This document shows, piece after piece, positions 36,109 to 45,454 of a stretch of 64,000 nt of DNA. The stretch is from Acidimicrobiia bacterium (GTDB taxonomy: Bacteria > Actinomycetota > Acidimicrobiia > IMCC26256 > PALSA-555), in contig JAWOIO010000109.1 of assembly GCA_046484625.1 (NCBI GenBank), positions 1,842-65,841 on the forward strand. The letters run 5' to 3'. Each line of letters begins with the position of its first letter. Position 1 is the stretch's first letter. A program made the position numbers and the translations under genes. Below the pieces are notes generated by a model. The model was not told the origin of the DNA and searched no databases. It worked only from the letters and a program-made list of their open reading frames with translations.

Positions 36109-37119
36109 ATGAAGGTCGAAGGTGGCATCCCGACGACGGGGATCGAGGAGATCGCGGCCGCGGCCCGGAACCTCGAGGAGGTGGGCTACGACGGCGGGAT
36201 CACCGCCGAGATGAGCCACGACCCCTTCCTCCCGCTGGTGATCGCCGCGGAGCACACCGAGACGCTCGAGCTCGGCACCGGGATCGCGGTCGCGTTCGCC
36301 CGCAACCCGATGACGCTGGCGAACATCGGCTACGACCTCCAGGTCTTCAGCAAGGGTCGGTTCACCCTGGGCCTCGGGAGCCAGATCAAGCCGCACATCG
36401 AGAAGCGCTTCTCGATGCCGTGGTCGCACCCCGCGGCGCGCATGCGCGAGCTGATCCTCGCGATGCGGGCGATCTGGGCGTGCTGGAACGACGGCACACC
36501 GCTCGACTTCCGGGGCGAGTTCTACCGCCACACCCTGATGACGCCGTTCTTCGTGCCCGGCCCGAACCCCTACGGCGACCCCCGCATCTCGCTCGCGGCC
36601 GTCGGTGAGCGCATGACGGAGGTCGCGGGCGAGGTCGCCGACGGCGTGATCCTCCACGCGTTCACCACCCGCCGCTATGTGGAGGAGGTCACCCTCCCGG
36701 CGCTGCAACGCGGCTTCGAGCGCTCGGGTCGCAGCCGCGACGACTTTGAGATCTCGGGCCCGCTGTTCATCGTGGCGGGCAACAACGAGGAGGAGTTCGT
36801 GAAGGCCAGAGCCGGGACGAAGCAGCAGATCGCGTTCTACGGCTCGACTCCGGCGTACCGGGGCGTGCTCGAGCTGCACGGGTGGGGCGACCTGCAGACC
36901 GAGCTCAACCGTCTGTCGAAGCAGGGGGAGTGGGTCGCGATGGGCGAGCTCATCACCGACGACATCCTCGAGGAGTTCGCCGTCGTCGCCGAGCCCGAGG
37001 CGGTGCCCGTCGCCATGCTCGCCCGCTACGGGGGCATCGTCGACCGGCTCGCCTTCTACGCCCCATACGAGAGCGACCCCGAGCGATGGAAGCAGGTGCT
37101 CGCCGGGTTCAAGGCGTGA
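36109..37119 (+). CDS. LLM-class F420-dependent oxidoreductase
   Basis: 336-aa ORF. Luciferase-like TIM-barrel pattern resembling F420-dependent LLM proteins; recognised by eye. Confidence 0.75.
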   Translation: MKVEGGIPTTGIEEIAAAARNLEEVGYDGGITAEMSHDPFLPLVIAAEHTETLELGTGIAVAFARNPMTLANIGYDLQVFSKGRFTLGLGSQIKPHIEKRFSMPWSHPAARMRELILAMRAIWACWNDGTPLDFRGEFYRHTLMTPFFVPGPNPYGDPRISLAAVGERMTEVAGEVADGVILHAFTTRRYVEEVTLPALQRGFERSGRSRDDFEISGPLFIVAGNNEEEFVKARAGTKQQIAFYGSTPAYRGVLELHGWGDLQTELNRLSKQGEWVAMGELITDDILEEFAVVAEPEAVPVAMLARYGGIVDRLAFYAPYESDPERWKQVLAGFKA

Positions 37120-37121
37120 CG

Positions 37122-37613
37122 ATGGAGCTGGAGGTGATCGTCGAGATCCCGCGTGGCTCGCGCAACAAGTACGAGATGGACCACGACACCGCGGCGATCT
37201 GGCTCGATCGGACGCTCTTCACCGCGACCCAGTATCCGGCCGACTACGGCTTCGTCCCCGACTCGCTGGCCGAGGACGGCGACCCGCTCGACGTGCTCGT
37301 CCTGCTCGACGCCCCGACGTTCCCGGGCTGCCACGTGATGGTGCGCCCGATCGGCGTGTTCCGGATGCACGACGAGGCCGGCGGGGACGACAAGGTGCTC
37401 TGCGTGCCCGCCAAGGACCCGCGTTACACGCGCTACGTCGACCTCGACGACGTGCGCAGCGCCACACCGTTCCTCCTCGACGAGATCGAGCACTTCTTCC
37501 ACGTGTACAAGGACGTCGAACCCGGCAAGATGACCGAGCCCGGTCGATGGGAGAGCGCCGAGACCGCGGCGCGGGTCATCGAGGAAGCCCGGACGCGGTT
37601 CGTGGGGTCCTGA
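37122..37613 (+). CDS. ppa: Inorganic pyrophosphatase
   Basis: Motifs VIVEIPRGSRNKYE, YP.DYGF.P.....DGDPLDVLVL, DDK..CVP..DPRY. Confidence 0.9.
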   Translation: MELEVIVEIPRGSRNKYEMDHDTAAIWLDRTLFTATQYPADYGFVPDSLAEDGDPLDVLVLLDAPTFPGCHVMVRPIGVFRMHDEAGGDDKVLCVPAKDPRYTRYVDLDDVRSATPFLLDEIEHFFHVYKDVEPGKMTEPGRWESAETAARVIEEARTRFVGS

Positions 37614-37657
37614 GCAGGGATCCCCAGCCCGGCGGGGCCAGAGCGAGGAGGAGTGGG

Positions 37658-37978
37658 ATGACGGAACGGCGCCTCGGTGACGTCGCGACGAAGGTCCTGT
37701 TCGAGAACGACCGGGTCAAGGTCTGGGAGCTCGTCCTCGCGCCGGGCGAGTCGTCCGACACCCACGAGCACCACCACGACTACCTGCTCGTCCAGCTCGA
37801 GGGCGACAAGATCACCGGCGACTTCGAGCCCGACACCAACGGTGAGTTCCCGCCGGGGCTGGTGGAGGGCGACGTCGCGCCGGGCAACGTGTTCTACACG
37901 ACGAAGGGTGGTATCGAGACCGCCCGCAACACGGGGACCACGCCGTACCGCGAGATCCTCATCGAGCTGAAGGACTGA
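37658..37978 (+). CDS. Cupin domain protein
   Basis: ATG at 37658 after the RBS gaggagga. Motif LAPGESSDTHEHHHDYL. Confidence 0.6.
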   Translation: MTERRLGDVATKVLFENDRVKVWELVLAPGESSDTHEHHHDYLLVQLEGDKITGDFEPDTNGEFPPGLVEGDVAPGNVFYTTKGGIETARNTGTTPYREILIELKD

Positions 37979-38052
37979 CCCTGTCGCCGCCGGAGGTCCC
38001 TTCGGGTGAGGCCACGCCCCCTTCGCTTCGGGACACGCGGGCACTCCGGGGC

Positions 38053-39192
38053 ATGCGGGTCCTCGAGGTCGCAACGCTCTACTCGGCGCCGCAGATCGGA
38101 GCGCTGCTCGGGGACCTCGGCGCCGACGTCGTCAAGGTCGAGCCGCCCGGTGGCGACCCCATGCGACACATGGGCCAGCAGCGCGACGGACGCGCCGTCG
38201 CGTGGGAGCTGGTCGCCAGGAACAAGCGGTCGGTCGTGCTCGACCTCGACCAGACGCACGGCGGATCCGAGGCCGATCGCGCGACGTTCGACGCCCTCGT
38301 GCGCGCGGCCGACGTGCTGGTCGAGAACCTCACCCCGGCCGTCCGGACGAGGTGGGAGTGCACGTACGAGCAGCTCGCCGCGCGCAACCCGCGTCTCGTC
38401 GTGGTGAGCGTCAGCTGCTACGGGCTGACCGGGCCGTATGCCGATCGACCGGGGGCCGGGACGCTCGCGGAGGCCTTCGCGGGGCTCACCCACATGACCG
38501 GTGAGCCCGACGGCCCTCCGATGCTCTCGTCGGTCGCGATCGGCGACACGGTCACGGCGTTCTGGGGCGTGATCGGCGCCCTCGCCGCGTGCTGGGGGCG
38601 CGACGCGGGGCGAAGCAGTGACGCGGAGCCACGCGGGCGACTCGTCGACGTCAGCATGGTGGAGCCCATGCTGCACGTGATGGCAGGCACGATCGCGGGA
38701 TGGGATCGTGAGGGGGCACCGCCCATCCGGAGCGGGAGTCGAGTCCCGGGTGGGGTCCCGCGCAACGTCTACCGAACTGCCGACGAACAGTACGTCGCCG
38801 TGTCGGGGACGACCGATGCCCAGGTGGCGCGTGTGCTCGGGATCCTCGGGCGAGCCGACGCGGCGTCCCGCGACCGCTTCGGCACCGCGGCGGCCCGCCG
38901 GACTTCCGGTGACGAGCTCGACGCGCTGGTCGCGGCGTGGGTCGGGGCGCGCCCGCGCGACGCCGTCGTCGCGGCGTTCGTCGAGGCGCGGGTAGCGATC
39001 TCGCCCGTCAACGACGCGCGCGATGTCCTCGGCGATCCCCAGGTTCGTGCCCGCGGCGCGGTGGTCGAGCCGGGGCCGGCCCCCGACCTCGACGCGCACC
39101 ACGACGAGGTGCTCGCGGACTGGAGCGCCGGATCAGGGAGCGCCGGATCAGGGAGCGCCGGATCAGGGACGGAGACCGACCCCCGGGAGTGA
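38053..39192 (+). CDS. Family III CoA-transferase (CaiB/BaiF)
   Basis: 379-aa ORF. Motifs MRVLEV......P..G.LL.DLGADV.KVE.P.GD and a GD..... active-site region. C-terminal (SAGSG)x3 tail. Confidence 0.85.
   Translation: MRVLEVATLYSAPQIGALLGDLGADVVKVEPPGGDPMRHMGQQRDGRAVAWELVARNKRSVVLDLDQTHGGSEADRATFDALVRAADVLVENLTPAVRTRWECTYEQLAARNPRLVVVSVSCYGLTGPYADRPGAGTLAEAFAGLTHMTGEPDGPPMLSSVAIGDTVTAFWGVIGALAACWGRDAGRSSDAEPRGRLVDVSMVEPMLHVMAGTIAGWDREGAPPIRSGSRVPGGVPRNVYRTADEQYVAVSGTTDAQVARVLGILGRADAASRDRFGTAAARRTSGDELDALVAAWVGARPRDAVVAAFVEARVAISPVNDARDVLGDPQVRARGAVVEPGPAPDLDAHHDEVLADWSAGSGSAGSGSAGSGTETDPRE
39124..39168. repeat. Perfect 15-bp tandem repeat x3
   Basis: agcgccggatcaggg occurs three times. 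It encodes (SAGSG)3 at the CoA-transferase C-terminus and contains the stop codon of the convergent SDR gene. Confidence 0.9.
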
Positions 39193-40029
39193 TCCGTCCA
39201 CGTCGGTGAAGCCGTACGTCGTGGCGAGCGTCCCGGTGGGGATCGCCCGGCCGGTCTGAGTCAGCACCGATGGATCGGTCGCGAGGGCGACCACACCCCG
39301 GCCGACGAAGCGTGGCGTCTCCGCGTCGGCGAGGTCGAACGTCCCCTCGCCGGGAAGGTCGAGGACGGACCGGCCGTCTTCGGTCGAGCGGGCTCCGAGC
39401 TCCACGATCTCCGTGCGCACGAGTCCGGGCCACAGCGACACCACGGTGACCCCGTGGGGTTCGAGCTCGTGCGCCATGTCGGCCGTCATCTTGTCGAGCG
39501 CCGCCTTCCCGACGCCGTACACGACGTTGTGCGCGTACTGCACGGCGCCGGAGGAGGAGACGTTGACGATGAGCCCCCTCGCGGCGAGCAGCATCGGCGC
39601 CGCCAGCACGGAGGCCACGTAGTGGGATCGGACCCCGATGTCGAGGACCTGGTCCCAGGCCTCGACGGGCAGCTCCCAGAAGGGCTGCCCGAGCCAGGGT
39701 GCGAGGTCGATCGCGGAGTAGACGTTGTTGACGAGCACGTCGAGGCGCCCGTGATCCCGAGCGACACGGGTGAAGAGCTCCCGCACGGCGTCGTCGTCGT
39801 GGTGGTCGCACGGCACCCCGATCGCGTGTCCTCCGCCGGCCTCGATCTCGGCGACCGTGTCCCCGATCGTGCCGGGGACGGGGCCGGTATCGACGCTGCG
39901 CGCGGTGAGCACCACCGTCGCGCCCGCGAGGCCGAGCTCGATCGCGATCCCCTTGCCGATCCCGCGACTCGCACCGGTGACGACGGCGACTGCTCCATCC
40001 AGCGGTCGATCGGCTCCAGCACGGTCCAT
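39163..40029 (-). CDS. SDR family oxidoreductase
   Basis: ATG at 40029. Motifs VTGASRGIGKGIA, NNV, Y..GK. Its 3' end overlaps the convergent CoA-transferase gene by 30 nt. Confidence 0.85.
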   Translation of the reverse strand: MDRAGADRPLDGAVAVVTGASRGIGKGIAIELGLAGATVVLTARSVDTGPVPGTIGDTVAEIEAGGGHAIGVPCDHHDDDAVRELFTRVARDHGRLDVLVNNVYSAIDLAPWLGQPFWELPVEAWDQVLDIGVRSHYVASVLAAPMLLAARGLIVNVSSSGAVQYAHNVVYGVGKAALDKMTADMAHELEPHGVTVVSLWPGLVRTEIVELGARSTEDGRSVLDLPGEGTFDLADAETPRFVGRGVVALATDPSVLTQTGRAIPTGTLATTYGFTDVDGSLPGVGLRP

Positions 40030-40059
40030 CGGGAAGATCCTGTCAGGTCCGGCCCGCCG

Positions 40060-40524
40060 ATGGCGCGGCGGGCCGCGGATCGCCACACTGTCCGGGTGGG
40101 GAGCGAAGAAGCTGCGGTCGGTGCGAGCAACGCCGCGTTCTACGCGGCGTTCGAAGCGGGTGACCTCGACGCGATGGCGGCCGTGTGGGAGCACTCGGAC
40201 CGGTCGACGGTGACCCATCCGGGGTGGCCCACGTTGCGCGGCTGGGCCCGGGTGCTCGGCTCGTTCGAGGCGATCTTCGCAGGGACACCGTTCATCCAGT
40301 TCGTGCTCACCGACGAGCACGTCCAGGTCGTCGGCGACGCCGCGTGGGTCACCGTCGACGAGAACATCCTCCAGGCGACCGGGTCACCCGACGGTGGAGG
40401 GGCCGATACCGAGGAGCTCTCGGGATCGTCGGTCGCGGCGCTGAACGTGTTCGCACGCGACGGTGGGGCGTGGCGCATGGTCGCCCACCACGGTTCGCCG
40501 GTGAGCATGACGGAGCCGGGCTGA
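40060..40524 (+). CDS. NTF2/SnoaL-like (DUF4440-like) protein
   Basis: ATG at 40060 in ORF 39454..40524. Sequence NAAFYAAFEAGDLDAMAAVW....TV.HPGW. Confidence 0.65.
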   Translation: MARRAADRHTVRVGSEEAAVGASNAAFYAAFEAGDLDAMAAVWEHSDRSTVTHPGWPTLRGWARVLGSFEAIFAGTPFIQFVLTDEHVQVVGDAAWVTVDENILQATGSPDGGGADTEELSGSSVAALNVFARDGGAWRMVAHHGSPVSMTEPG

Positions 40525-41225
40525 TGTGCTTCTCGGCCGAGGCCGACTTCGTCGCCGGTGCCGCCATCAGCGTGGTGGGAGTTGCGACGTTGACGGAGGC
40601 GCGCGCGCCGAAGGAGCTGCCGCTCGCGATCCTGCCGCTCGCGTTCGGACTGCACCAGGTCACCGAGGGCTTCGTCTGGCTCGGGCTGGAGGGCGAGACC
40701 TCGGCATCGGTGGGTCGCGCCGCGATGTACCTCTACCTCGCGTTCGCGTGGGCGGTCCTCCCACTGTTGGCGCCCCTCGCGATCCTGCTCGTCGAGCCGT
40801 TGCGTCGTCGCCGTCGAGTGCTCACGCCGCTGGTGGTGCTGGGCGGGGTGGTGGGTGTGCTGCTCGCGTACCGCCTCGTGGTCGAGGACGTCAGCGCTCG
40901 CATCAACGGGCATGTCGTGGAGTACTTCGGGGGTGGTGGTGCCGGGGGCGCGCTGACGGCCGGCTACGTCGTCGCGACGTGCGGCGCGTTCCTGCTCTCG
41001 AGCCGCCCCTACGTCCGCTGGTTCGGGGTGGCGAACGCGGTGGCAGTGGCGATCGTGGTGATCGTTCACTCCCAGGCGCTCACCTCGGTGTGGTGCGTGT
41101 GGGCCGCGATCGTGAGCTTCCTCGTGTACCTGCAGCTCCGGAGCTGGCGACGCGCCGAGCGCACCCGTGTGGAGCAGCGCGAGCCGAGCGGAGCGCCGCG
41201 CGACGCGTCCCGCGTCAGGCCGTGA
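40524..41225 (+). CDS. Integral membrane protein of unknown function
   Basis: ATG overlaps the upstream stop (TGATG). About 6 hydrophobic helices. Confidence 0.55.
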   Translation: MCFSAEADFVAGAAISVVGVATLTEARAPKELPLAILPLAFGLHQVTEGFVWLGLEGETSASVGRAAMYLYLAFAWAVLPLLAPLAILLVEPLRRRRRVLTPLVVLGGVVGVLLAYRLVVEDVSARINGHVVEYFGGGGAGGALTAGYVVATCGAFLLSSRPYVRWFGVANAVAVAIVVIVHSQALTSVWCVWAAIVSFLVYLQLRSWRRAERTRVEQREPSGAPRDASRVRP

Positions 41226-42381
41226 CCTCGCCGACCCGCCCGGCGCGCTCGGCCGCGTGGTCCTGGATCGCCTTGTCGATCGCCCCGGAGGCGGCATCCA
41301 CGAACCGGCCCTCGGAGCCCACGATCCAGTCGTAGGACGACTGCACCGGCGCGAGCTGGCCCTGGAAGTGCGGCATCACGTACCGGGCGAACAGCTCGTA
41401 GCTCGCGCGCGTCGCCGCGGGATCGGCCCATTCGTGGCCGAAGATCAAGAACGTCCCGAAGCCCCCCGACTGCTCGACGAGCCGCTCGATCTGGCGGATC
41501 GCGTCATCGGGTGTCCCGATGATCGCGAAGCCGCTCTGGTCGCAGTAGTCGAGAATGGTCTCGACGTCCTCACCGTCGCCGACCGGGCTCGCCGGGAGGA
41601 TGTGCCGGAAGTAGCGGGAGAACTCCACGATGCCGAACTCCACGTCGCGACGCGCCTGCTCCTTGGTGGTGGCGAGGTGCATCGGTCCGACGAGTCGCCA
41701 CGTCGCGCGGTCGGCGCGCTGGTCGAACTCGGTGGCACGTTCCTCCATGACGTCCCAGTGAGCCGCCAGGATGTCGAACCCCATCTCGGTGGTCGCACCG
41801 ATCGAGAGCAGGCCGAGGCCGTACTTCCCGGCCGCGCGCGGACCGGCCGGTGAGATCGACGCGGCGACGGCCATCTCGATCCCGTCGGGCGAGTACGGCG
41901 CGAGCTGGAGCCGGGCGTCGTTGATCTCGAACCAGTCGGTCTTCGCGGTGACCGTCTCGCCGCGGAGCAGACGCACGACGACGTCGAGTGCCTCCTCCAT
42001 CCGAGGGCGTTGCGTGTCGGCGGGGATGCCGAGCATGTGCGCGTCGGAGGTGAGCTGGCCCGGGCCACAGCCCAACATGGCGCGCCCGCGCGTGAGGTGA
42101 TCGAGGAGGACGAAGCGGTCGGCGAGCAGCAGCGGGTGGTGATAGGGGAGGGAGTTCACGCCGCTGCCGAGTCGCAGGTGGCGCGTGCGCTCGGCTGCCG
42201 TCGCGATGAACACCTCGGGTGACGCGATCAGCTCGACGCCACCCGAGTGGTGTTCGCCGATCCACGCCTCGTCGAACCCGAGCCGGTCGAGGTGGACGAG
42301 GAGGTCGAGGTCGCGCTCGAGTGCGAGCGTGGGGTTCTGGCCGACCGCGTGGAACGGCGCGAGGAAGATGCCGAAGCGCAT
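41215..42381 (-). CDS. LLM-class flavin-dependent monooxygenase
   Basis: 388-aa ORF. Sequence MRFGIF..P......P...L..DL.L...LD.LG.DEAW.GEHH. Confidence 0.8.
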   Translation of the reverse strand: MRFGIFLAPFHAVGQNPTLALERDLDLLVHLDRLGFDEAWIGEHHSGGVELIASPEVFIATAAERTRHLRLGSGVNSLPYHHPLLLADRFVLLDHLTRGRAMLGCGPGQLTSDAHMLGIPADTQRPRMEEALDVVVRLLRGETVTAKTDWFEINDARLQLAPYSPDGIEMAVAASISPAGPRAAGKYGLGLLSIGATTEMGFDILAAHWDVMEERATEFDQRADRATWRLVGPMHLATTKEQARRDVEFGIVEFSRYFRHILPASPVGDGEDVETILDYCDQSGFAIIGTPDDAIRQIERLVEQSGGFGTFLIFGHEWADPAATRASYELFARYVMPHFQGQLAPVQSSYDWIVGSEGRFVDAASGAIDKAIQDHAAERAGRVGEVTA

Positions 42382-42394
42382 CAGCCGGTCCGGG

Positions 42395-43102
42395 TCAGCT
42401 CGGGAGCTGGGAGTGGATCCACGCGTCGAGGGCCGGGCCGCTCTCGAAGCTCGAGATGAGCGCGTAGCGGGTCGTCGTGCCGGGGTTGCACACCACGTGC
42501 CAGAGGCGCTGGGTGTCGACGACGAACCGTGCGCCCCGGTGCATCGGGACGTGCACCTCGGTGCTCTGGTCGGGGAGTCCGTCGGGACCCTGTTCCATGA
42601 GGACCATGTAGCTGTCGGGGTTGTGGGTGAGCTCGATCCACGAGCGCACCACCCAACCGTCGCCGTCGGGGTTGAACCGGTTGTTGTCGTCGCGGTGGAA
42701 GCTGCGCAACGACTCCTCGTAGGACTGCGGCTCGAGCCTGATCACCCGCACACGCCCGAAGTTGGCGCCGACGGCCTCGACCTCACGCACGAGCGTGGGA
42801 CACCGCTCGGCGTTCTTGGTCCACTGGCCGCTCTTGTCGGGGCGCTCCTCACCCGGCTTCCAGAAGCCCTGGCAGTCGAGCTCGCCGTCGGCGGTGGCGA
42901 TCGGCGCGAAGTTGGTGTCGCCGCCGCTCTTCCAGTCCATGTACTCGAGGTCGAGGAACTCGTGCTCGGGGACCGGGGGGTCGAGGTCCCGGAGCACCGC
43001 GTACCCGCGTTCGGCGAGCACGTCGAGCCGCTGGTGCGGGGTGTCGAGGGGGATCTCGGACGACCAGTGGGGGAGCTTCAGGTAGTTGGTGACCTGGACC
43101 AT
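42395..43102 (-). CDS. Aspartyl/asparaginyl beta-hydroxylase-like cupin oxygenase (tentative)
   Basis: ATG at 43102. FHRDDN (HxD) and ..FVVDTQRLWHVVCNPG...RYALI pattern. Confidence 0.5.
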   Translation of the reverse strand: MVQVTNYLKLPHWSSEIPLDTPHQRLDVLAERGYAVLRDLDPPVPEHEFLDLEYMDWKSGGDTNFAPIATADGELDCQGFWKPGEERPDKSGQWTKNAERCPTLVREVEAVGANFGRVRVIRLEPQSYEESLRSFHRDDNNRFNPDGDGWVVRSWIELTHNPDSYMVLMEQGPDGLPDQSTEVHVPMHRGARFVVDTQRLWHVVCNPGTTTRYALISSFESGPALDAWIHSQLPS

Positions 43103-43274
43103 GGCGTTCAGTGTACGGACCGGTGCCGGGATGTCATCAGGCGAGGATCGAGATGTGACGAAGGTCCCGATCCCGGTGCCGCGACCGTGCCCCATGGCTC
43201 GAGCACCCTCGTTGCCCCGCGGCGATCGCGCCGACCCGCACGGGCGGCAGACGACGGGCCTAGGCTCCCGCACC

Positions 43275-44330
43275 GTGCGAGCGGTCGTGGCGCGGAACCG
43301 GCATCTCGTCGTCGAGGACGTCCCCGAACCCGAACCGCAGGCGGGTGAGGTGCTCGTCGCCGTCCGGGCCTGCGGGATCTGCGGCTCCGACCTGCACACC
43401 CTCGAGCACTCGGAGCACCTGGTCGAGGTGGGGGCTGCGCTCGGTGTGGACACCGGCTTCGACCCGCGCCACGACTACGTCCTCGGCCACGAGTGGTGTG
43501 CCGAGGTGCTCGAAGCGGGACCGGCAGCGGGTGGCTCGGTTGCCCCGGGCGACCTCGTGGTCTCGGTCCCCTACCTCCTGCGGGGCGAGGCGATGTTGCC
43601 CCTCGGGTTCACCAACGAGGTGCCCGGCGGGTTCGCGGAGCGGATGCTGCTCACCGAGGCGCTGTGCGTCCCGGTCCCGAACGGTCTCGACCACCGGCGG
43701 GCGGCGCTCACGGAGCCGATGGCAGTCGGGCTCCACACGCTGGAACGGGCGGGTCTGGCCGACGGCGACGCCGCGGTCGTGATCGGCTGCGGACCGATCG
43801 GGCTCGCGATCATCGCCTGGCTCGTCGCACGCGGCGTCGAGCCGATCGTCGCCGGGGACCTCTCGCCGGTGCGGCGTGTCCTCGCCGCGCAGATCGGCGC
43901 GCACGAGGTCGTCGATCCGCGCGAGGAGCCGGTGGTCGATGCATGGCGGCGCGTCGACGGGCTCCGCCCGCTCGTCGTGTTCGAGGCCGTCGGGGTGCCG
44001 GGGATGCTCGACCAGGCCGTGTTCGACGCGCCCGCGCGCAGCCGCATCGTCGTGGCCGGTGTCTGTATGCAGCCCGACACGTTCCGGCCGCTGCTCGCCG
44101 TCGTGAAGGAGCTGGACCTCCACTTCGTGTACGCGTACAGCCCCGAGGAGTTCACCGCGGCCCTGCGCGCGATCGCGGAGGGCGAGGTGGACGTCAGCCC
44201 GTTGATCACCGGTCATGTCGGCTTCGAGGGTGTGGCCGACGCCTTCACCCAGCTGCGGCGGGTGGAGGAGCACGTGAAGATCCTCGTGGAGCCCGACGGC
44301 CCGGCCCGAGCTACGGAGATCAGGCCATGA
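43275..44330 (+). CDS. Zinc-dependent alcohol dehydrogenase (MDR family)
   Basis: GTG at 43275. Motifs CGICGSDLH, GHE, VIGCGPIGL. Confidence 0.85.
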   Translation: MRAVVARNRHLVVEDVPEPEPQAGEVLVAVRACGICGSDLHTLEHSEHLVEVGAALGVDTGFDPRHDYVLGHEWCAEVLEAGPAAGGSVAPGDLVVSVPYLLRGEAMLPLGFTNEVPGGFAERMLLTEALCVPVPNGLDHRRAALTEPMAVGLHTLERAGLADGDAAVVIGCGPIGLAIIAWLVARGVEPIVAGDLSPVRRVLAAQIGAHEVVDPREEPVVDAWRRVDGLRPLVVFEAVGVPGMLDQAVFDAPARSRIVVAGVCMQPDTFRPLLAVVKELDLHFVYAYSPEEFTAALRAIAEGEVDVSPLITGHVGFEGVADAFTQLRRVEEHVKILVEPDGPARATEIRP

Positions 44331-44590
44331 GCGCGCGGTCGTCGCAGTCCCGTCCCGGTCGGCTCGACGACAAGGTGGCGATCGTCACCGGGTCGACCCG
44401 GGGCATCGGTCGCGCGACCGCGGTGCGTTTCGCCGAGGAGGGCGCGAAGGTGAGGATGCCGGCCTCACCGTTCTCGGCACGCTGGTTGTTGCAGAGCAAC
44501 GCTGGACGTGCCGAGAAGCCGGGTCGGCCGGGGGACGCCCGGCTTCGACTTCCGGAGCCCCGGCAAGCCAGACTCGTCGCCGCACACTGA
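44327..44590 (+). pseudogene. Truncated SDR gene remnant (only the N-terminal Rossmann motif is retained)
   Basis: ATG overlaps the ADH stop (ATGA). The first ~42 codons read LDDKVAIVTGSTRGIGRATAVRFAEEGAKV. SDR similarity then stops at about 44452, and too little sequence remains before etfB for the rest of an SDR in any frame. Confidence 0.55.
44471..44546 (+). other. Two adjacent strong stem-loops (possible terminator/attenuator or small RNA)
   Basis: ttctcggcacg (44471..44481) pairs perfectly with cgtgccgagaa (44507..44517), with an inner stem gttgc-aga-gcaac. gaagccggg (44515..44523) pairs with cccggcttc (44538..44546). Confidence 0.5.
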
Positions 44591-44615
44591 CCCAGGTCGA
44601 AACGGCTGGAGCGCC

Positions 44616-45398
44616 ATGAACATCGTCGTCTGCGTCAAGCAGATCCCTGACCCCGCCAACCCGGGCGAGCTCGACCCCGACACGCACACGCTGAAGCGTG
44701 AGGGCAAGCTCATCCTCGACGAGTCCGACAGCTACGGGGTGGAGATGGCCCTTCAGCTGGCCGACACCGCCGGTGGCGGCGAGGTCACGCTCGTCTCGAT
44801 GGCGCCGGGCAGCGAGGTGTCCGGCCTCCGGACCGCGCTCGCGATGGGCGCCGCCCAGGCGATCCTCGTGTCCGACGACGCGCTGCAGGGCAGCGACGCG
44901 CTGTCGACGGCCAAGGTGCTCGCGAAGGCGATCGAGCGTGCCGGCGAGGTCGACCTCGTGCTCACCGCGACAGAGTCCACCGACGGCTACAGCGGGACCA
45001 TCCCGGCCCAGGTCGCCGAGCTGCTCGGCTGGCCGTCGCTGACCTTCGCGAAGCACGTGGAGATCGCGGACGGCAAGGCCAAGATCCAGCGCCAGACCGA
45101 GGCCGGCTTCGACGAGGTCGAGGCCTCGCTCCCCGCAGTGGTGAGCGTGACCGCCGGTGTGGTCGAGCCGCGCTACCCCTCGTTCAAGGGGATCATGGCC
45201 GCGAAGAACAAGCCGGTCGACGAGGTCAAGGTCGCCGACCTCGGCCTCGCCGACGACCAGGTCGGCTGGGCCGGCGCCCGCCAGAAGATCACCGAGGTGC
45301 GCGACGCGCCGGCGCGTGAGGCCGGAGAGAAGATCGAGGACGACGGCACCGCGCACGAGCGGGTCGTCGCGTTCCTCGAGCAGCTCAAGGTCATCTAG
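44616..45398 (+). CDS. etfB: Electron transfer flavoprotein beta subunit
   Basis: Sequence MNIVVCVKQIPD..., the characteristic EtfB N-terminus. Paired with etfA. Confidence 0.9.
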   Translation: MNIVVCVKQIPDPANPGELDPDTHTLKREGKLILDESDSYGVEMALQLADTAGGGEVTLVSMAPGSEVSGLRTALAMGAAQAILVSDDALQGSDALSTAKVLAKAIERAGEVDLVLTATESTDGYSGTIPAQVAELLGWPSLTFAKHVEIADGKAKIQRQTEAGFDEVEASLPAVVSVTAGVVEPRYPSFKGIMAAKNKPVDEVKVADLGLADDQVGWAGARQKITEVRDAPAREAGEKIEDDGTAHERVVAFLEQLKVI

Positions 45399-45454
45399 TC
45401 CGCATTGACCATTCCGGCACATCGAACCACCGGAACCTGAGAGACAGGATCGAG

